IMG/VR virus record: IMGVR_UViG_3300044946_000158
Span: 1-63,134 of that record
Strand: one strand, 5' to 3'
Source: a virus
Taxonomy: Duplodnaviria; Caudoviricetes
Length of the DNA stretch: 63,134 nt
Position 1 is the first letter of the stretch; every line of letters starts with the position of its first letter. Below are positions 42,163 to 52,062 of this stretch, piece by piece. The position numbers were made by a program, and so were the translations under genes. The notes beneath the pieces were generated by a model. The model was not told the DNA's origin, did not search any database, and was given only the letters and a program-made list of their open reading frames with translations.

Positions 42163-44309
42163 TATTTCGATGAGGTGATAGTGGAGCGCGTGCCGCCATC
42201 CTTGTTACGGAGCGCGAACGGCGCGGCATTCGTCGCTGGCCTGCCCTCTGGTTGCTTGCCCGGCGCGGCTGCACCAGGCGGCTGACCCGGCGCACCAGAC
42301 GACGACCCACCGCCAGCATCCGCCTGCAACGCCGCTTTCATCGCTTCCATGCGCGCCGCGAACTCCAGCATCTCTTCCTGCTCGGCGGCGAAACGCTCGC
42401 GGACGGTGTTGCCGGGGATGGAACCGTAATTGGGAATGTTCCACGCTTCCGCGATGGTCTGCGAGTCGATTTGCACGCCGGCCTTTTTAAGCTGAATCAG
42501 CCCGAGCTTCATGGACATCTGCTGCATCTCGTGGAGGGAGTTAGGCATGATGAAGAAGCGCAGGTTGTCGGCGAAGGTGCGCGCGCGCTGGATAGTCGAG
42601 TGTTCAGAGGGTATCGCGGTGGATTTCCCAGTCATCTGGTCCGTCCGTTCTACCGGCTCCCCCGGCATGTGACTCGGTATCAAGGTCGCTGGGTCATAGT
42701 CGAATACTTCCGGCGTGACGCCATCCGGCCCCACCCACTGCATCACCCGCGAGGTCGTGTAGTACTGCAGGATGAGATATTTAATCATGATGCCGAGATC
42801 CCGCATCGGCGGCTCCATCGAGCGCGACTGGTCCTCCACGATGGGGCCATTGGCTTCCATTATTTTTTCTAAATCGTCCATCGAGCCGACCGCGCGCATT
42901 TTAGTGAGCGTCTGGATGTCCGCGATGCCCTGCTGGTGGTCGAGAGTGTTCTCGAACTTCTCCCACAGGGCCATGGACTCGGGGGAGATTTTCAGGATCT
43001 CGGGATTGATCGTTTCTTGGAATACCTTGCCGTCCACGGCGGTGCCATCGTAACCAACGCGTGCGCGGGGCTGCATCGGGTCGTAGCGCTTGGCCTCGGA
43101 CGATGACACGGCGTTCGTGTCGTAGGCGAGGCCGGGGTCCAGTTGCGCGCGGGCCTTGTCCATGTTGCCGCGAGCCAGTTCGTTGATGGCGGACTGGATT
43201 TCGTGCCCGTCGTGAGCCATCGAGAATCCGAGGGGCTCCCACGGCCATTCGTCCACGCCGAACGATACGCCGGGGAACATGCCGTGCCAATCGAACGATG
43301 GACCGTCGTAGAGTTTCACAGTGTCGGTGGAGATGATCAGGCGGCGGTATGGGTAGAGGCGCGCGTCGTTTTCGTTAGCGACGCGGAATAGAGACTGCCC
43401 GGTCTTGATGTCCACGCCCGCTGGGATGCGCTGGCCCACAAATGGCACGGTGTAGGACCACGATGACCCCGGCTCGCCCATCGGGATTTCGGCCTGGGTA
43501 GTGTTGATGGTGAGGTCGATGACGTAGGTCTTGCGCATCGGCACCAGTAGGTCGGCCATGCCGGGAGCGGTCGAGCGCGGCCTGGCGTTGCCGAAGATGC
43601 GCTGGAGGATGTTGCCGCCGCTGGCCGCGCGCACGTCGTCGTTCATGTACCAGTAGCGCGAGGACGAGGGGCGCAGGCGATGCTGGAATGCCGGGAACAT
43701 TCCATGAGCCATGGCCACTGGCATTTCGTCGAGGATCGTGACCGCGTAGGCTTCTTGGTAATTGCCGGAACTGGGGAGCTGCACCGGGAGCACGCACGGG
43801 GCGCCGTAGGTGAGGAGGGTGATTTCCCCGCGCCCGGTGCCGTACATGGCGCGGCGGTACACCGGATGGAGCCAGCCGCGACAGGTAACCGCCGCGTATG
43901 CCAGGGCTTCCTTGACCTTGCGGTCCGCGAACGATTCAAGGTACCAGGCTTTGGTCACCTTGTTCATCATCTCGGCTTGGTCCTTGTAGCTACTGTTGTC
44001 CGAGTGATACCCCCACATGGGCCGGAGCTTGGCGAGCGCTCCGACGGTCTCGCGGATGTTACGTTTGAGGCGGTTGGTGGAAACGTGCGAACGGTAGTCG
44101 GCGGTGCGGTGGGTGGACACGTCGCGGCCGGAGATGATATCGAGGGCCTTGCGCATGTCCGCGTAGCCGCGCTGCGATTTGAGCCAGGATTGGCCCTCCC
44201 CTACGCAATCATCACAAAAACTAATTATCTGCGATTCACTAGCAGCTGCAGGTGGGCATTGCCATGAGCGATAATCCGACGGAGCGCCTTCATGAAGGTC
44301 TAGTGCCAT
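42162..44309 (-). CDS. portal protein
   Basis: 715 aa between terminase and scaffold/MCP; N.LKR....V..L N-terminal helix, Gln/Pro-rich tail. Confidence 0.75.
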   Translation of the reverse strand: MALDLHEGAPSDYRSWQCPPAAASESQIISFCDDCVGEGQSWLKSQRGYADMRKALDIISGRDVSTHRTADYRSHVSTNRLKRNIRETVGALAKLRPMWGYHSDNSSYKDQAEMMNKVTKAWYLESFADRKVKEALAYAAVTCRGWLHPVYRRAMYGTGRGEITLLTYGAPCVLPVQLPSSGNYQEAYAVTILDEMPVAMAHGMFPAFQHRLRPSSSRYWYMNDDVRAASGGNILQRIFGNARPRSTAPGMADLLVPMRKTYVIDLTINTTQAEIPMGEPGSSWSYTVPFVGQRIPAGVDIKTGQSLFRVANENDARLYPYRRLIISTDTVKLYDGPSFDWHGMFPGVSFGVDEWPWEPLGFSMAHDGHEIQSAINELARGNMDKARAQLDPGLAYDTNAVSSSEAKRYDPMQPRARVGYDGTAVDGKVFQETINPEILKISPESMALWEKFENTLDHQQGIADIQTLTKMRAVGSMDDLEKIMEANGPIVEDQSRSMEPPMRDLGIMIKYLILQYYTTSRVMQWVGPDGVTPEVFDYDPATLIPSHMPGEPVERTDQMTGKSTAIPSEHSTIQRARTFADNLRFFIMPNSLHEMQQMSMKLGLIQLKKAGVQIDSQTIAEAWNIPNYGSIPGNTVRERFAAEQEEMLEFAARMEAMKAALQADAGGGSSSGAPGQPPGAAAPGKQPEGRPATNAAPFALRNKDGGTRSTITSSK

Positions 44310-44843
44310 TTAGTTCCAACTTGCTCCACGACGCACCGCTTTGATTGCGCAGCGACTGACTCCATAAATACGCATGAGGTCGCGGGTAGGTGCAGTGGAA
44401 TTTCGTATCGCATCCGCGGACTCAAACGATAGCTTGGCTTTGGCCCCACGACGTGAGTTTATCTTGCGCGTGACGGCTTCCAAATGAAATGGATTAATAC
44501 AGCGACGATTGCGGCAGAGATGGTCTATTTCTTTACCTTCAGGGATAGGGCCGAAGGTTAGAGTGTAGGAGATACGATGTGCTTGTACCTCTTCTAATAT
44601 CGCAGTGAAACTGCCATAGCCTTCAGGTGAGATATACCCAGCCCAATCCAAGCAATCTATTTTTCCCACACTAGGAGCCAAACTAACCTTGCTCCAAAAC
44701 TGTGCGATTTTTCGCAGCAATGGGACTTTACCGTTATGCCCGTGAACAAATCGAAGAGGCTTACCCTTCCTTGTCCAACCATCATCCCCACGATTACGAG
44801 TTGCGATAGATGTCTCTTGCCCACATCCGCATTCGCAAAGCAT
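44310..44843 (-). CDS. HNH endonuclease
   Basis: CECGCG; AHR.SY....GPIP.G.EIDHLCRNRRCINP.HL; lower GC. Confidence 0.9.
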   Translation of the reverse strand: MLCECGCGQETSIATRNRGDDGWTRKGKPLRFVHGHNGKVPLLRKIAQFWSKVSLAPSVGKIDCLDWAGYISPEGYGSFTAILEEVQAHRISYTLTFGPIPEGKEIDHLCRNRRCINPFHLEAVTRKINSRRGAKAKLSFESADAIRNSTAPTRDLMRIYGVSRCAIKAVRRGASWN

Positions 44844-45316
44844 TAGGATTTCACCGATATCCTGTCCGCGTGGAAGATTTCCTCACCCGCGCCGCGATTG
44901 CCGATGTCATTGTGCCGCGCCCACAGATACATATCGCGCTGGAGTTTTAGGTTGCGGTATTTCTCCTTGGCGCGCTCGTCGCGGAGCTGCAGGTAGCCGC
45001 GGATGAATTCCTTATCATATTCGCTGGTGGAGTCGGAAATCATCTTGGCGTACAGGCGGTCGCGGACTGCTTGTCGATGCGCCTGCACCTGTTCCATGTC
45101 ACGCAGCATTTCCTGCTCGCAGGCGTCGCGTTCCTGCTGTTGCAAGCGAGCCTCCAACTTGTCTACGTCCTTCAATGTGTCGGCGTATTCGCGGCGGTAA
45201 CCGGAGGGCGTGGGGAAATCGGAGTAGGGCGCCAGCATGACGAAGCCGGACGGGTGCGCGGGGTCTGCGCCGTTGACGAAATAAATTACAGCCTCGATGG
45301 TTCCGGGCTTGAGCAT
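44843..45316 (-). CDS. hypothetical protein
   Basis: 157-aa helical ORF abutting the HNH gene. Confidence 0.7.
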   Translation of the reverse strand: MLKPGTIEAVIYFVNGADPAHPSGFVMLAPYSDFPTPSGYRREYADTLKDVDKLEARLQQQERDACEQEMLRDMEQVQAHRQAVRDRLYAKMISDSTSEYDKEFIRGYLQLRDERAKEKYRNLKLQRDMYLWARHNDIGNRGAGEEIFHADRISVKS

Positions 45317-45398
45317 GCTAAGGGGGAGACTAACACGAAACGTTGCGGGGGACTACTACGCACTCGTTAGTTTACTGGCCGCTCGGTGCGTTCCCGGC

Positions 45399-45467
45399 CT
45401 ACTGCGCAGGTCCAGGGCATATATGAGTTCCAGTGAACATCACACCGCATCTGCTACATACCATCAC
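45399..45467 (-). CDS. 22-aa micro zinc-finger MMVCSRCGVMFTGTHICPGPAQ
   Basis: SD GGAGGTG 7 nt before GTG; CxxC-x7-HxC. Confidence 0.45.
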   Translation of the reverse strand: MMVCSRCGVMFTGTHICPGPAQ

Positions 45468-45480
45468 TTGGCATCACCTC

Positions 45481-47736
45481 CTATCGGAAGCGTTCCAATC
45501 GCGAATCGCTGTACACGAGGTCCAGCAAATCTACGCTCTTGCCCTCGCTCAGTTGCGAGGCCGAGTACATATGCGCGCCGGTATTCGGCGTCAGGTCAAT
45601 CGGCGGGAGCGCCTGACTGGCCGCCGGGCCGCGCTTTAAGGAACGTTGCGCCAAGATGTCTTGGTCATGAGGGCAGAACACCGCCATCGCAGCCGCGAAA
45701 ATGCGGTCATCATGTTCGCCTTCTTCGTGTTCCATCTTTTCCTTGCCGGAGGCAGTGATAGTGACCTCGAACGTCTTCATTTCCTCAATGAGCCATGGAG
45801 AGTTAATCTTCATCCAGCCGTTCTGCGCGGAGTTCTTGAAATTGCCAAGGAGAATAGGTCGCGACCATGACCATGTATACCAGCCGAGTTTAGTGGCGCG
45901 AGATTTTGACACGCGCTTCTGGTCGTATCGCGTGAAGCGATGAAAGTTCGAATAGCCCATCTTACGCATCTGATGCTGCGCAGTGTCGCCCACGGCTGCT
46001 ACCTGCTCAATGGATACGTAAGGCTCTTTCCAGCGGGTAGTGCCGACCTCCATGAACTGGCCATAGTACGCCGCAATAGCCAAGATAAACGAGAACGCCT
46101 CTACATGATTTACGTAGGGCGAGCCGAACTCGGCGCATTGGATGTCGGGATCACCGCGCCGACCAATGGCCCACACTGAAATAGCAGTAGCATCCAAGCC
46201 TCGGCCCTCGGAGGTATCAACACCGATGCTATAAGACATGTTCGGGCGCGGCGGGTGGAAGACGATGAGTTTGCCGACGGCATGATCGAGGTTGGTGGGA
46301 TCAAGGGGATGATGCGCGAGCGGGTCCCCTTTGTAGCCGTCGAAAATCAGGGGGATAAGTTCCCAGCGATAGGTTTCCTTGTGGGACACATACTTAACCG
46401 GCACACGCGCGGCGCTATAGTCGATATCCGCAGGGTCCGGCTCGTGCGCTTCCTCAATGGACTGGCCGCTGATTCCGTAAGCGGTATATTGGCGTACCCG
46501 CTCGGTCTCAATGACTTCAATGGTCTCGTGGCCGAATGCCGATTCCGCGCTGCGTTGAAGGGCGTCAATGTCATCACCAGCCATTTCCTGTAGAAATTTT
46601 CCCTCCACTCCCTTGTACTTGGCCTCAGCGTGATTCCACTCCCAGAACCACTGCTGGTCTAGAGGCATCTCCCAATACGGACCCTTAAATATGCCACGAC
46701 GCTTCTGGTCCGCAATGAGATACTTTTCAAGCAGGGGATTGGAGCGCACGTACAAGGTGGCCTTCGCAACGTGCGCAGCGGTATCGCGGTCGGGATGCCA
46801 GTGCGAGGGAATAGGCCGAGTGCGCCGATCTGTTTCAGTTGGGTATATATCGACTCCTGAAAACCATGGCAGGAACATCGGGAACATGCGCGAGTGTGGC
46901 CATTCTTTCTTGGAGTAATACCACGTACCCGCCCACCAGCCTTTGTCGCCGCGTCCAGTGGATTCAAGAACGCCGAATACGCGTGGTGAGGCATGGACAG
47001 CCTTCCACAGGCCCTCGTCGATGAGCATGCTTGCGGCGTCGCCATAGAGTGCAACCTCCGAGAGGTGATAGGAGATAGGTGTGCTGCCAGTGGCGATACC
47101 AAACTTTTGCGAGCCGTGCTGAAAGCTGATGGAAGAGGCCGTGGCTCCGAAGATGAGGCGTCCACGGTCGCCTTCGACGCGTGTTGTAGGAGTCGGACGC
47201 AACCACACCGGGAGCATATCGAGGCACAGCAGCATCATGCGCGACATCTCACCAGTTTTCGTCTGGTCCGCCGAGCCGATGACCGCGCCCACACCGGAAT
47301 AGAAGAACACGCGATGTGAGATTAGGAGTTCCGAGAAGATGGAGACGCCGAGTTGCCGCGCCTTCAGGGCCATGATTTCAATGGCAAATCCACGCTCCTC
47401 AAGGTCGCAGATGATATCGAAGTAGATACGTTGCGGAACTCGGAACTGGAAGCGTTGAATCACACCTTGTTCGTCACGTAGGAAAGCGTAGCGCGTGAGG
47501 AAATATGCACAGTCGCATGCACAGAGGGCTTGTTCATTCTGAATCCACCTTACTTCCGTCGCGGTGAGATTCTGCGTCGTGGCAGGGCGGCCCTGCGCGT
47601 CCAGCGCGTACTTGCCCTCTTTCAGGAGGTGGGCTTCGAAACGGATGACTTCGTCGACGGACTTGTAATCGAGGGGGAAGCCCAGCTCGCGCTCGGCGAG
47701 TTCGATGCGTTCGCGGACGCGGGATTCAGAGTACAT
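45481..47736 (-). CDS. terL: terminase large subunit
   Basis: LKARQLGVS Walker A, HLSEVA Walker B, EST motif C, IGVD...G and HDDR RNaseH-type nuclease residues. Confidence 0.9.
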   Translation of the reverse strand: MYSESRVRERIELAERELGFPLDYKSVDEVIRFEAHLLKEGKYALDAQGRPATTQNLTATEVRWIQNEQALCACDCAYFLTRYAFLRDEQGVIQRFQFRVPQRIYFDIICDLEERGFAIEIMALKARQLGVSIFSELLISHRVFFYSGVGAVIGSADQTKTGEMSRMMLLCLDMLPVWLRPTPTTRVEGDRGRLIFGATASSISFQHGSQKFGIATGSTPISYHLSEVALYGDAASMLIDEGLWKAVHASPRVFGVLESTGRGDKGWWAGTWYYSKKEWPHSRMFPMFLPWFSGVDIYPTETDRRTRPIPSHWHPDRDTAAHVAKATLYVRSNPLLEKYLIADQKRRGIFKGPYWEMPLDQQWFWEWNHAEAKYKGVEGKFLQEMAGDDIDALQRSAESAFGHETIEVIETERVRQYTAYGISGQSIEEAHEPDPADIDYSAARVPVKYVSHKETYRWELIPLIFDGYKGDPLAHHPLDPTNLDHAVGKLIVFHPPRPNMSYSIGVDTSEGRGLDATAISVWAIGRRGDPDIQCAEFGSPYVNHVEAFSFILAIAAYYGQFMEVGTTRWKEPYVSIEQVAAVGDTAQHQMRKMGYSNFHRFTRYDQKRVSKSRATKLGWYTWSWSRPILLGNFKNSAQNGWMKINSPWLIEEMKTFEVTITASGKEKMEHEEGEHDDRIFAAAMAVFCPHDQDILAQRSLKRGPAASQALPPIDLTPNTGAHMYSASQLSEGKSVDLLDLVYSDSRLERFR

Positions 47737-48020
47737 TAATCTTCCCAGTCCGGCATTTCAACGTTCTGGCCTGCAAGCTGGTGGTGTGAATCAGCGCAGA
47801 ATTGGATGCGTCCGTCCGTAACGATTAAATGACAACGCGAGGCAGGATGGTGCTGATTCACAAGTAGTGATGGCGTAAACGTTGGCTTGTCCAGCGACCC
47901 GTTCCATGCCCACTGCGGTCTGCTCGCGTCTCCGTTCACACGAAAGGAGTGACCATAACCACAGCCGGGACAGTGAAACGCCCAGTCGCCAGAGCCGTAA
48001 TTGTGAATCTTCGCGCCCAC
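47736..48020 (-). CDS. DUF6527-like zinc-binding protein
   Basis: HCPGC...H...W.WNG...PTF.PS...CH..VTDG.I.FC.DS.H.LAGQ. Confidence 0.75.
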   Translation of the reverse strand: MGAKIHNYGSGDWAFHCPGCGYGHSFRVNGDASRPQWAWNGSLDKPTFTPSLLVNQHHPASRCHLIVTDGRIQFCADSHHQLAGQNVEMPDWED

Positions 48021-48814
48021 TACTCAGCCTCGTCTTCGCCCTCGTCCTCTTCATCCACAATCTCAGCGTCCGTCGCCACCGGAACATTCGGCGCCGGCGC
48101 CACCAGCCTCGGAGCCTCGTTGAACCTGTCACTCAGGCGGCGAATCGTAGACTCCGGCGGCGGCGCGGGCACAGCCGCAGCCTGCGCCGTGGAACTGGCC
48201 TGCACCGCCTGCGTCACCGTGATATTGGTCTGGGCGGACTTCGGCGTGGGCGTCCAGCCGGAGGCCTTGTGGAATAGCGCGCGGTCCTGGGTGCCGTCGT
48301 CACGCAGGGCCATCTCCACCGTTTTCTGCACCACGCGCGGCTGGTTCAGGCCGGTGATGACGGTGGCCGCGTTCGCGCCCTGGCGGACCACCTGGATGAT
48401 GAGCTGTTCGAGCACACGGGTGGACGAGACCCCAGCCGCGCAGCAGAAGGCTTCGATGGGGATGCGCGCGCGCAGGCCGCGTGCACAGGAGCGATACGCG
48501 GCGAGGACCTTGCGCGCGTCGGGGTCCTCGCTCGCGTCGAGGAACCGCGGCCAGGCGGAGTCGAGGTTCCAGCCGACGGGACGGAGCGGCGCGGGCTCGG
48601 CGGGGACCGCGTCGACAATTACGTTGCCGTCGTCGTCGGTGACGGCTGGGGTGGCCGCACGCCTGCGGATACCCATGCCCCGTAGCACGCCTGCGATATG
48701 CCGGAGCTGGAGGGTAATTTGGGGCATCTCGTAAAATTGTTCGGGGGTCACGCCGAGGTGCGCGAGTTCGGCTAGGAGGTTGTCGGGGAGCGTTACGATG
48801 GCGGTGGTGCTCAT
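48020..48814 (-). CDS. putative terminase small subunit
   Basis: SD GGAGG; position upstream of terL; acidic DAEIVDEE tail. Confidence 0.5.
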   Translation of the reverse strand: MSTTAIVTLPDNLLAELAHLGVTPEQFYEMPQITLQLRHIAGVLRGMGIRRRAATPAVTDDDGNVIVDAVPAEPAPLRPVGWNLDSAWPRFLDASEDPDARKVLAAYRSCARGLRARIPIEAFCCAAGVSSTRVLEQLIIQVVRQGANAATVITGLNQPRVVQKTVEMALRDDGTQDRALFHKASGWTPTPKSAQTNITVTQAVQASSTAQAAAVPAPPPESTIRRLSDRFNEAPRLVAPAPNVPVATDAEIVDEEDEGEDEAE

Positions 48815-49041
48815 GCGGATTCCTCCCCCTCGCCCTCTTCCATCGCGGCCTTGCGGTCCGCGTGCCATTGCTTGTTCACCGCCGCGAGGTCGAGCATGGA
48901 GAATTCCGTGGGCTTCGGCTTAGGGCGCTCGACGCGGGTTGAGGCGGCGGCGAGGAGCGTTTGCGCGTCGGCTATCTTTTCGAGCGCGATGACACCACGT
49001 CGAGCAAGGCCGAGCACGCGCAACTGGGCGTACCAGTTCAT
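48811..49041 (-). CDS. hypothetical protein
   Basis: Stop/start overlaps. Confidence 0.65.
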   Translation of the reverse strand: MNWYAQLRVLGLARRGVIALEKIADAQTLLAAASTRVERPKPKPTEFSMLDLAAVNKQWHADRKAAMEEGEGEESA

Positions 49042-49574
49042 CAGGGTATCACATCATCCAACTGCCCCCACTTGGCCCGCTGCTCCTGCGTCGTGTCAGT
49101 GATGGTCACGTCGCCGTCGCCGAACGCTTCGTCGGGAGGGTATATCGCCGACTCCTGCCGCGTGGTGCCGTCGTGGTCGCGCACTTCCATCGGCACCGGG
49201 AGGCCCACGCGCAAGCGTTCCGCGTTGGGGGATTGAATCATGCGGTCCAGACGCGTGGCGGCCACTTCGGCCTGCGTGCCGTCGTCGTTGCGGGACAGTG
49301 GCGCGGTGAATAGTTGGCCTTTGCCCGGCGTCGCGTCGGGGACATTGTGCGCCAGCGGCTTCGAATGGAGTTCAATGTAGGACTCCGGGTTAAGGTGATT
49401 ATCGAGGTGCAGAGCGAGCGAGATGGTATAGCCCACGCGAGGGAAGGACATACCGCTGCCCGAGAGCATCCCTTCGCCTTCGAGCAGGCGCATGAAATCA
49501 TCGAGGAGGATCTGTTTCAGTTCCGGCGCAGACAGCGCTCGATTCGGAACGGATTCATTGTGCGTGGGGCTCAT
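49041..49574 (-). CDS. hypothetical protein
   Basis: SD GGAGG; overlaps neighbours. Confidence 0.7.
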   Translation of the reverse strand: MSPTHNESVPNRALSAPELKQILLDDFMRLLEGEGMLSGSGMSFPRVGYTISLALHLDNHLNPESYIELHSKPLAHNVPDATPGKGQLFTAPLSRNDDGTQAEVAATRLDRMIQSPNAERLRVGLPVPMEVRDHDGTTRQESAIYPPDEAFGDGDVTITDTTQEQRAKWGQLDDVIP

Positions 49575-49783
49575 TCTCGTCCCTCCCGATGCTCTCTTTT
49601 ATTGACGGCGCATAGGGCATGTGCGCCGACAGGCTCAAGGTGCAGGCGATTCGTACTGACACGAACAATCCTGAAGTCGTAATTCTTTACGGTCACTACT
49701 TCCCCAATGGCGAACTCGATGAAGTTCGCAGGCGCGGGCTTGTCCGCTGGCAACGTCTCGAAGCGATTCGTGTCGGGATTCAT
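49571..49783 (-). CDS. hypothetical protein
   Basis: TGATG overlap. Confidence 0.65.
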   Translation of the reverse strand: MNPDTNRFETLPADKPAPANFIEFAIGEVVTVKNYDFRIVRVSTNRLHLEPVGAHALCAVNKREHREGRE

Positions 49784-49989
49784 CAGAGCTTCCCATCTAG
49801 TGCAATCGACGCGTTCGCAGTCATAACGGCTTCACGCAGCAAGCGAATCGCTGCGGTCTGGTCGGCACTGGCTGGAGTGTTCTCGATGATCACATGGCCC
49901 AATTCCTTAGCCTTCGCGCGAATCGCTTCGTACTTCGGAAGCTGCTCGGGCGACGGCGAGTGATAGGTGAAGATATTATTTATGTCCAT
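49783..49989 (-). CDS. Acb2/Tad1-like helical-hairpin protein
   Basis: SD GAGGAGG; FTYH.P...Q..KY..IR...P.S.....A...L.EA.M.ANA.IA. Confidence 0.6.
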   Translation of the reverse strand: MDINNIFTYHSPSPEQLPKYEAIRAKAKELGHVIIENTPASADQTAAIRLLREAVMTANASIALDGKL

Positions 49990-50197
49990 TGTGCTGCCTC
50001 CTCGGATAGGACACTACGTTGATACTTTGTACTTCCCCTTCCATGCCCATCCACATGAAATCCTTTTGACTCTGCGCTTCCCTGCGACTAAAGAAGCGAG
50101 TGGGCCTATCGCCCATCCCATCGCACAGATATTCCTCTTCGCCATCCAAGCCGATCACCAGAAGCGCGTAGCCGGGAGCGCGTAGTCGCTCGCTCAT
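49976..50197 (-). CDS. hypothetical protein
   Basis: SD AGGAGG. Confidence 0.65.
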   Translation of the reverse strand: MSERLRAPGYALLVIGLDGEEEYLCDGMGDRPTRFFSRREAQSQKDFMWMGMEGEVQSINVVSYPRRQHNGHK

Positions 50198-50577
50198 GGC
50201 TTCCTCCTGGATTTAACTCTCACCGGATTCCTGACTCGGCCCTTGACCCGCCCCATGCGCGCCGCGCGGCGCTCGATGGCCTCCCGAATCATCCGGGCAC
50301 GCTCCTCCGCGCTCACGAACGGCGAATCGAGGTCCTGTCGCGTGATGGTCCGCCACGGCAGCCCGGCACGCAGGCAGGATAGCACGGCTTCGCGATGCAG
50401 GAGGCTGCGGTGCAGCATGGAGCCGTCGAAGTTGAAAGCGAAGTCGCGGCGCGCGCGGATGGTGGCGGCCGGGACGTAGTATTGCCAGCGTCGGGCGATG
50501 TGCCGTTCGGTCGCGGAGGTGATGAGGCGGCTGGCCATGGGGGATGTGGTGTGGGCGAGGCCGAGTCCCGCGCTCAT
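50194..50577 (-). CDS. hypothetical basic protein
   Basis: ATGA overlaps. Confidence 0.55.
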   Translation of the reverse strand: MSAGLGLAHTTSPMASRLITSATERHIARRWQYYVPAATIRARRDFAFNFDGSMLHRSLLHREAVLSCLRAGLPWRTITRQDLDSPFVSAEERARMIREAIERRAARMGRVKGRVRNPVRVKSRRKP

Positions 50578-50936
50578 CGACAGACGCACTTTCCATCGAG
50601 AAATTTCATGTAATCGCTGTGGTCATCGACGGTGAGTATTTCGTCTTCAGCTAAATCCAGCTTCACTAGAAGCGCTATGTGGGTCTCAGGGTCTTTTGGG
50701 GTAGATGGCTTATCGACGCCACGATCCAGCCGAGCGTTGCGCTCGTAGGATGATTCGATATCTCCACCCTTGCGCAATTCGGCCAGATAGCCCTCAACGT
50801 TCATGATGTGACGCTCACGAGCCTTGCCCATTTTAGCTCGGTATTTCTCCATCTCGCGCTCGTAACGTTTGCGGTCCTGCTCCACGTGCTTGTGAATCGC
50901 AGCCTGTAGCTTGCTGACTTTCACTTTCATCTTCAT
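50574..50936 (-). CDS. hypothetical coiled-coil protein
   Basis: SD GAGGAGG. Confidence 0.7.
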   Translation of the reverse strand: MKMKVKVSKLQAAIHKHVEQDRKRYEREMEKYRAKMGKARERHIMNVEGYLAELRKGGDIESSYERNARLDRGVDKPSTPKDPETHIALLVKLDLAEDEILTVDDHSDYMKFLDGKCVCR

Positions 50937-50952
50937 GGCATGCCTCCTCATT

Positions 50953-51279
50953 TTACGAACTCCCAACAGCCTTCTGCCCCTCACGTCGCGACACCATATA
51001 CAGCTTCCGCCGGCGCTCGCCGTTCTTCGCTCCCCACGCGCGCGATGGCGTGCTGGCCACCACCTCCACCACCACCTGGGGCTGCTTGCGGAGCTTCGTG
51101 ACCACCAGTTCCTTGCGCTCGGGCTTGCCGGAGTAGACGTATTTCGTGCCGGGGTCCCTGGCCTGCGCGGCCTCGAACTGCTCGCGGTTGCGGCGGGTCA
51201 CGAACGCGGCCAGTTGCACGCTCGTTTGCGGGCCGGAGCGGGCGCAGAGGGTCAGGACGTCTTCGATCCATTGCTTCAT
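50953..51279 (-). CDS. hypothetical protein (possible winged helix)
   Basis: SD GAGGAGG. Confidence 0.65.
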   Translation of the reverse strand: MKQWIEDVLTLCARSGPQTSVQLAAFVTRRNREQFEAAQARDPGTKYVYSGKPERKELVVTKLRKQPQVVVEVVASTPSRAWGAKNGERRRKLYMVSRREGQKAVGSS

Positions 51280-51845
51280 GTAGCCTCCTCAATATATTCA
51301 GATTCACGAATATCGGCCTCAGCAGCAAGGTCCGCAGCGGGCTCCGGAGGCTCCGACGGCTCAGTCGGGACCAGTGCCTCCACAATATTATCCACTAGTT
51401 CCTCAGTGCGGTCGGGCGCAGGCTTGCTGGGCCCGGGCTTCGCAAACGACTCCGGCGCAGGCTCGTCGAACCGTGGCGGCGGCATGGGCGCGGCCGGAAA
51501 CGTCACATTCATCACCTTGCGATCGCCATTGTCGGCGAAATCGGCGAGCTGTGGCGGCGGGGGGAGGCCGCGCGGGGACGTGACATCTCGCGGACGAGCA
51601 GGGCGCATCGCCGTAACTATTTCCTTCACTACCCTGGCCACCCGCGGCGCCATCACCTTCCACTTCGGATTCGGCGGGTCACTGGGCTTGCGCGCGAGGC
51701 TCGGCTTCTCCGGCTCGCGGTCCCAGTAGAACGAGCGGCACCGTAGGCAGCGCGCCGGCGGGTGCGCGAGCGAGTTGCCGACCCAGTCGTAGCCGCAGCG
51801 CAGGCAGTGCCAGGTGGGGCGGGGGGCTTGGGGCCTACGTGGCAT
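51276..51845 (-). CDS. C4 zinc-finger protein, paralog of 864-1052, with Pro/acidic tail
   Basis: SD GGAGG; CLRCGYDW...PARCLRCRSFYW. Confidence 0.7.
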   Translation of the reverse strand: MPRRPQAPRPTWHCLRCGYDWVGNSLAHPPARCLRCRSFYWDREPEKPSLARKPSDPPNPKWKVMAPRVARVVKEIVTAMRPARPRDVTSPRGLPPPPQLADFADNGDRKVMNVTFPAAPMPPPRFDEPAPESFAKPGPSKPAPDRTEELVDNIVEALVPTEPSEPPEPAADLAAEADIRESEYIEEAT

Positions 51846-52062
51846 CCGGGACCTCCCGCACGATGTCCCCCGGTGCCAGCATGTACTGGTGTAGCAGCAT
51901 CTTATGGCCCTCGACAACGGCCTCCACGCCCGACGAATACATCCCGTCGACCTGTTTGTGCGGCTCGACAAGACCATTGCCAGACACGAACAGGTGCACG
52001 CAAGTAAACTCGATTGCGATGTGGATGCTGGCACCTGCGCGGATAATTTGATACCTCGGCAT
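51835..52062 (-). CDS. hypothetical protein
   Basis: TGATG overlap with the upstream ORF. Confidence 0.55.
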   Translation of the reverse strand: MPRYQIIRAGASIHIAIEFTCVHLFVSGNGLVEPHKQVDGMYSSGVEAVVEGHKMLLHQYMLAPGDIVREVPDAT

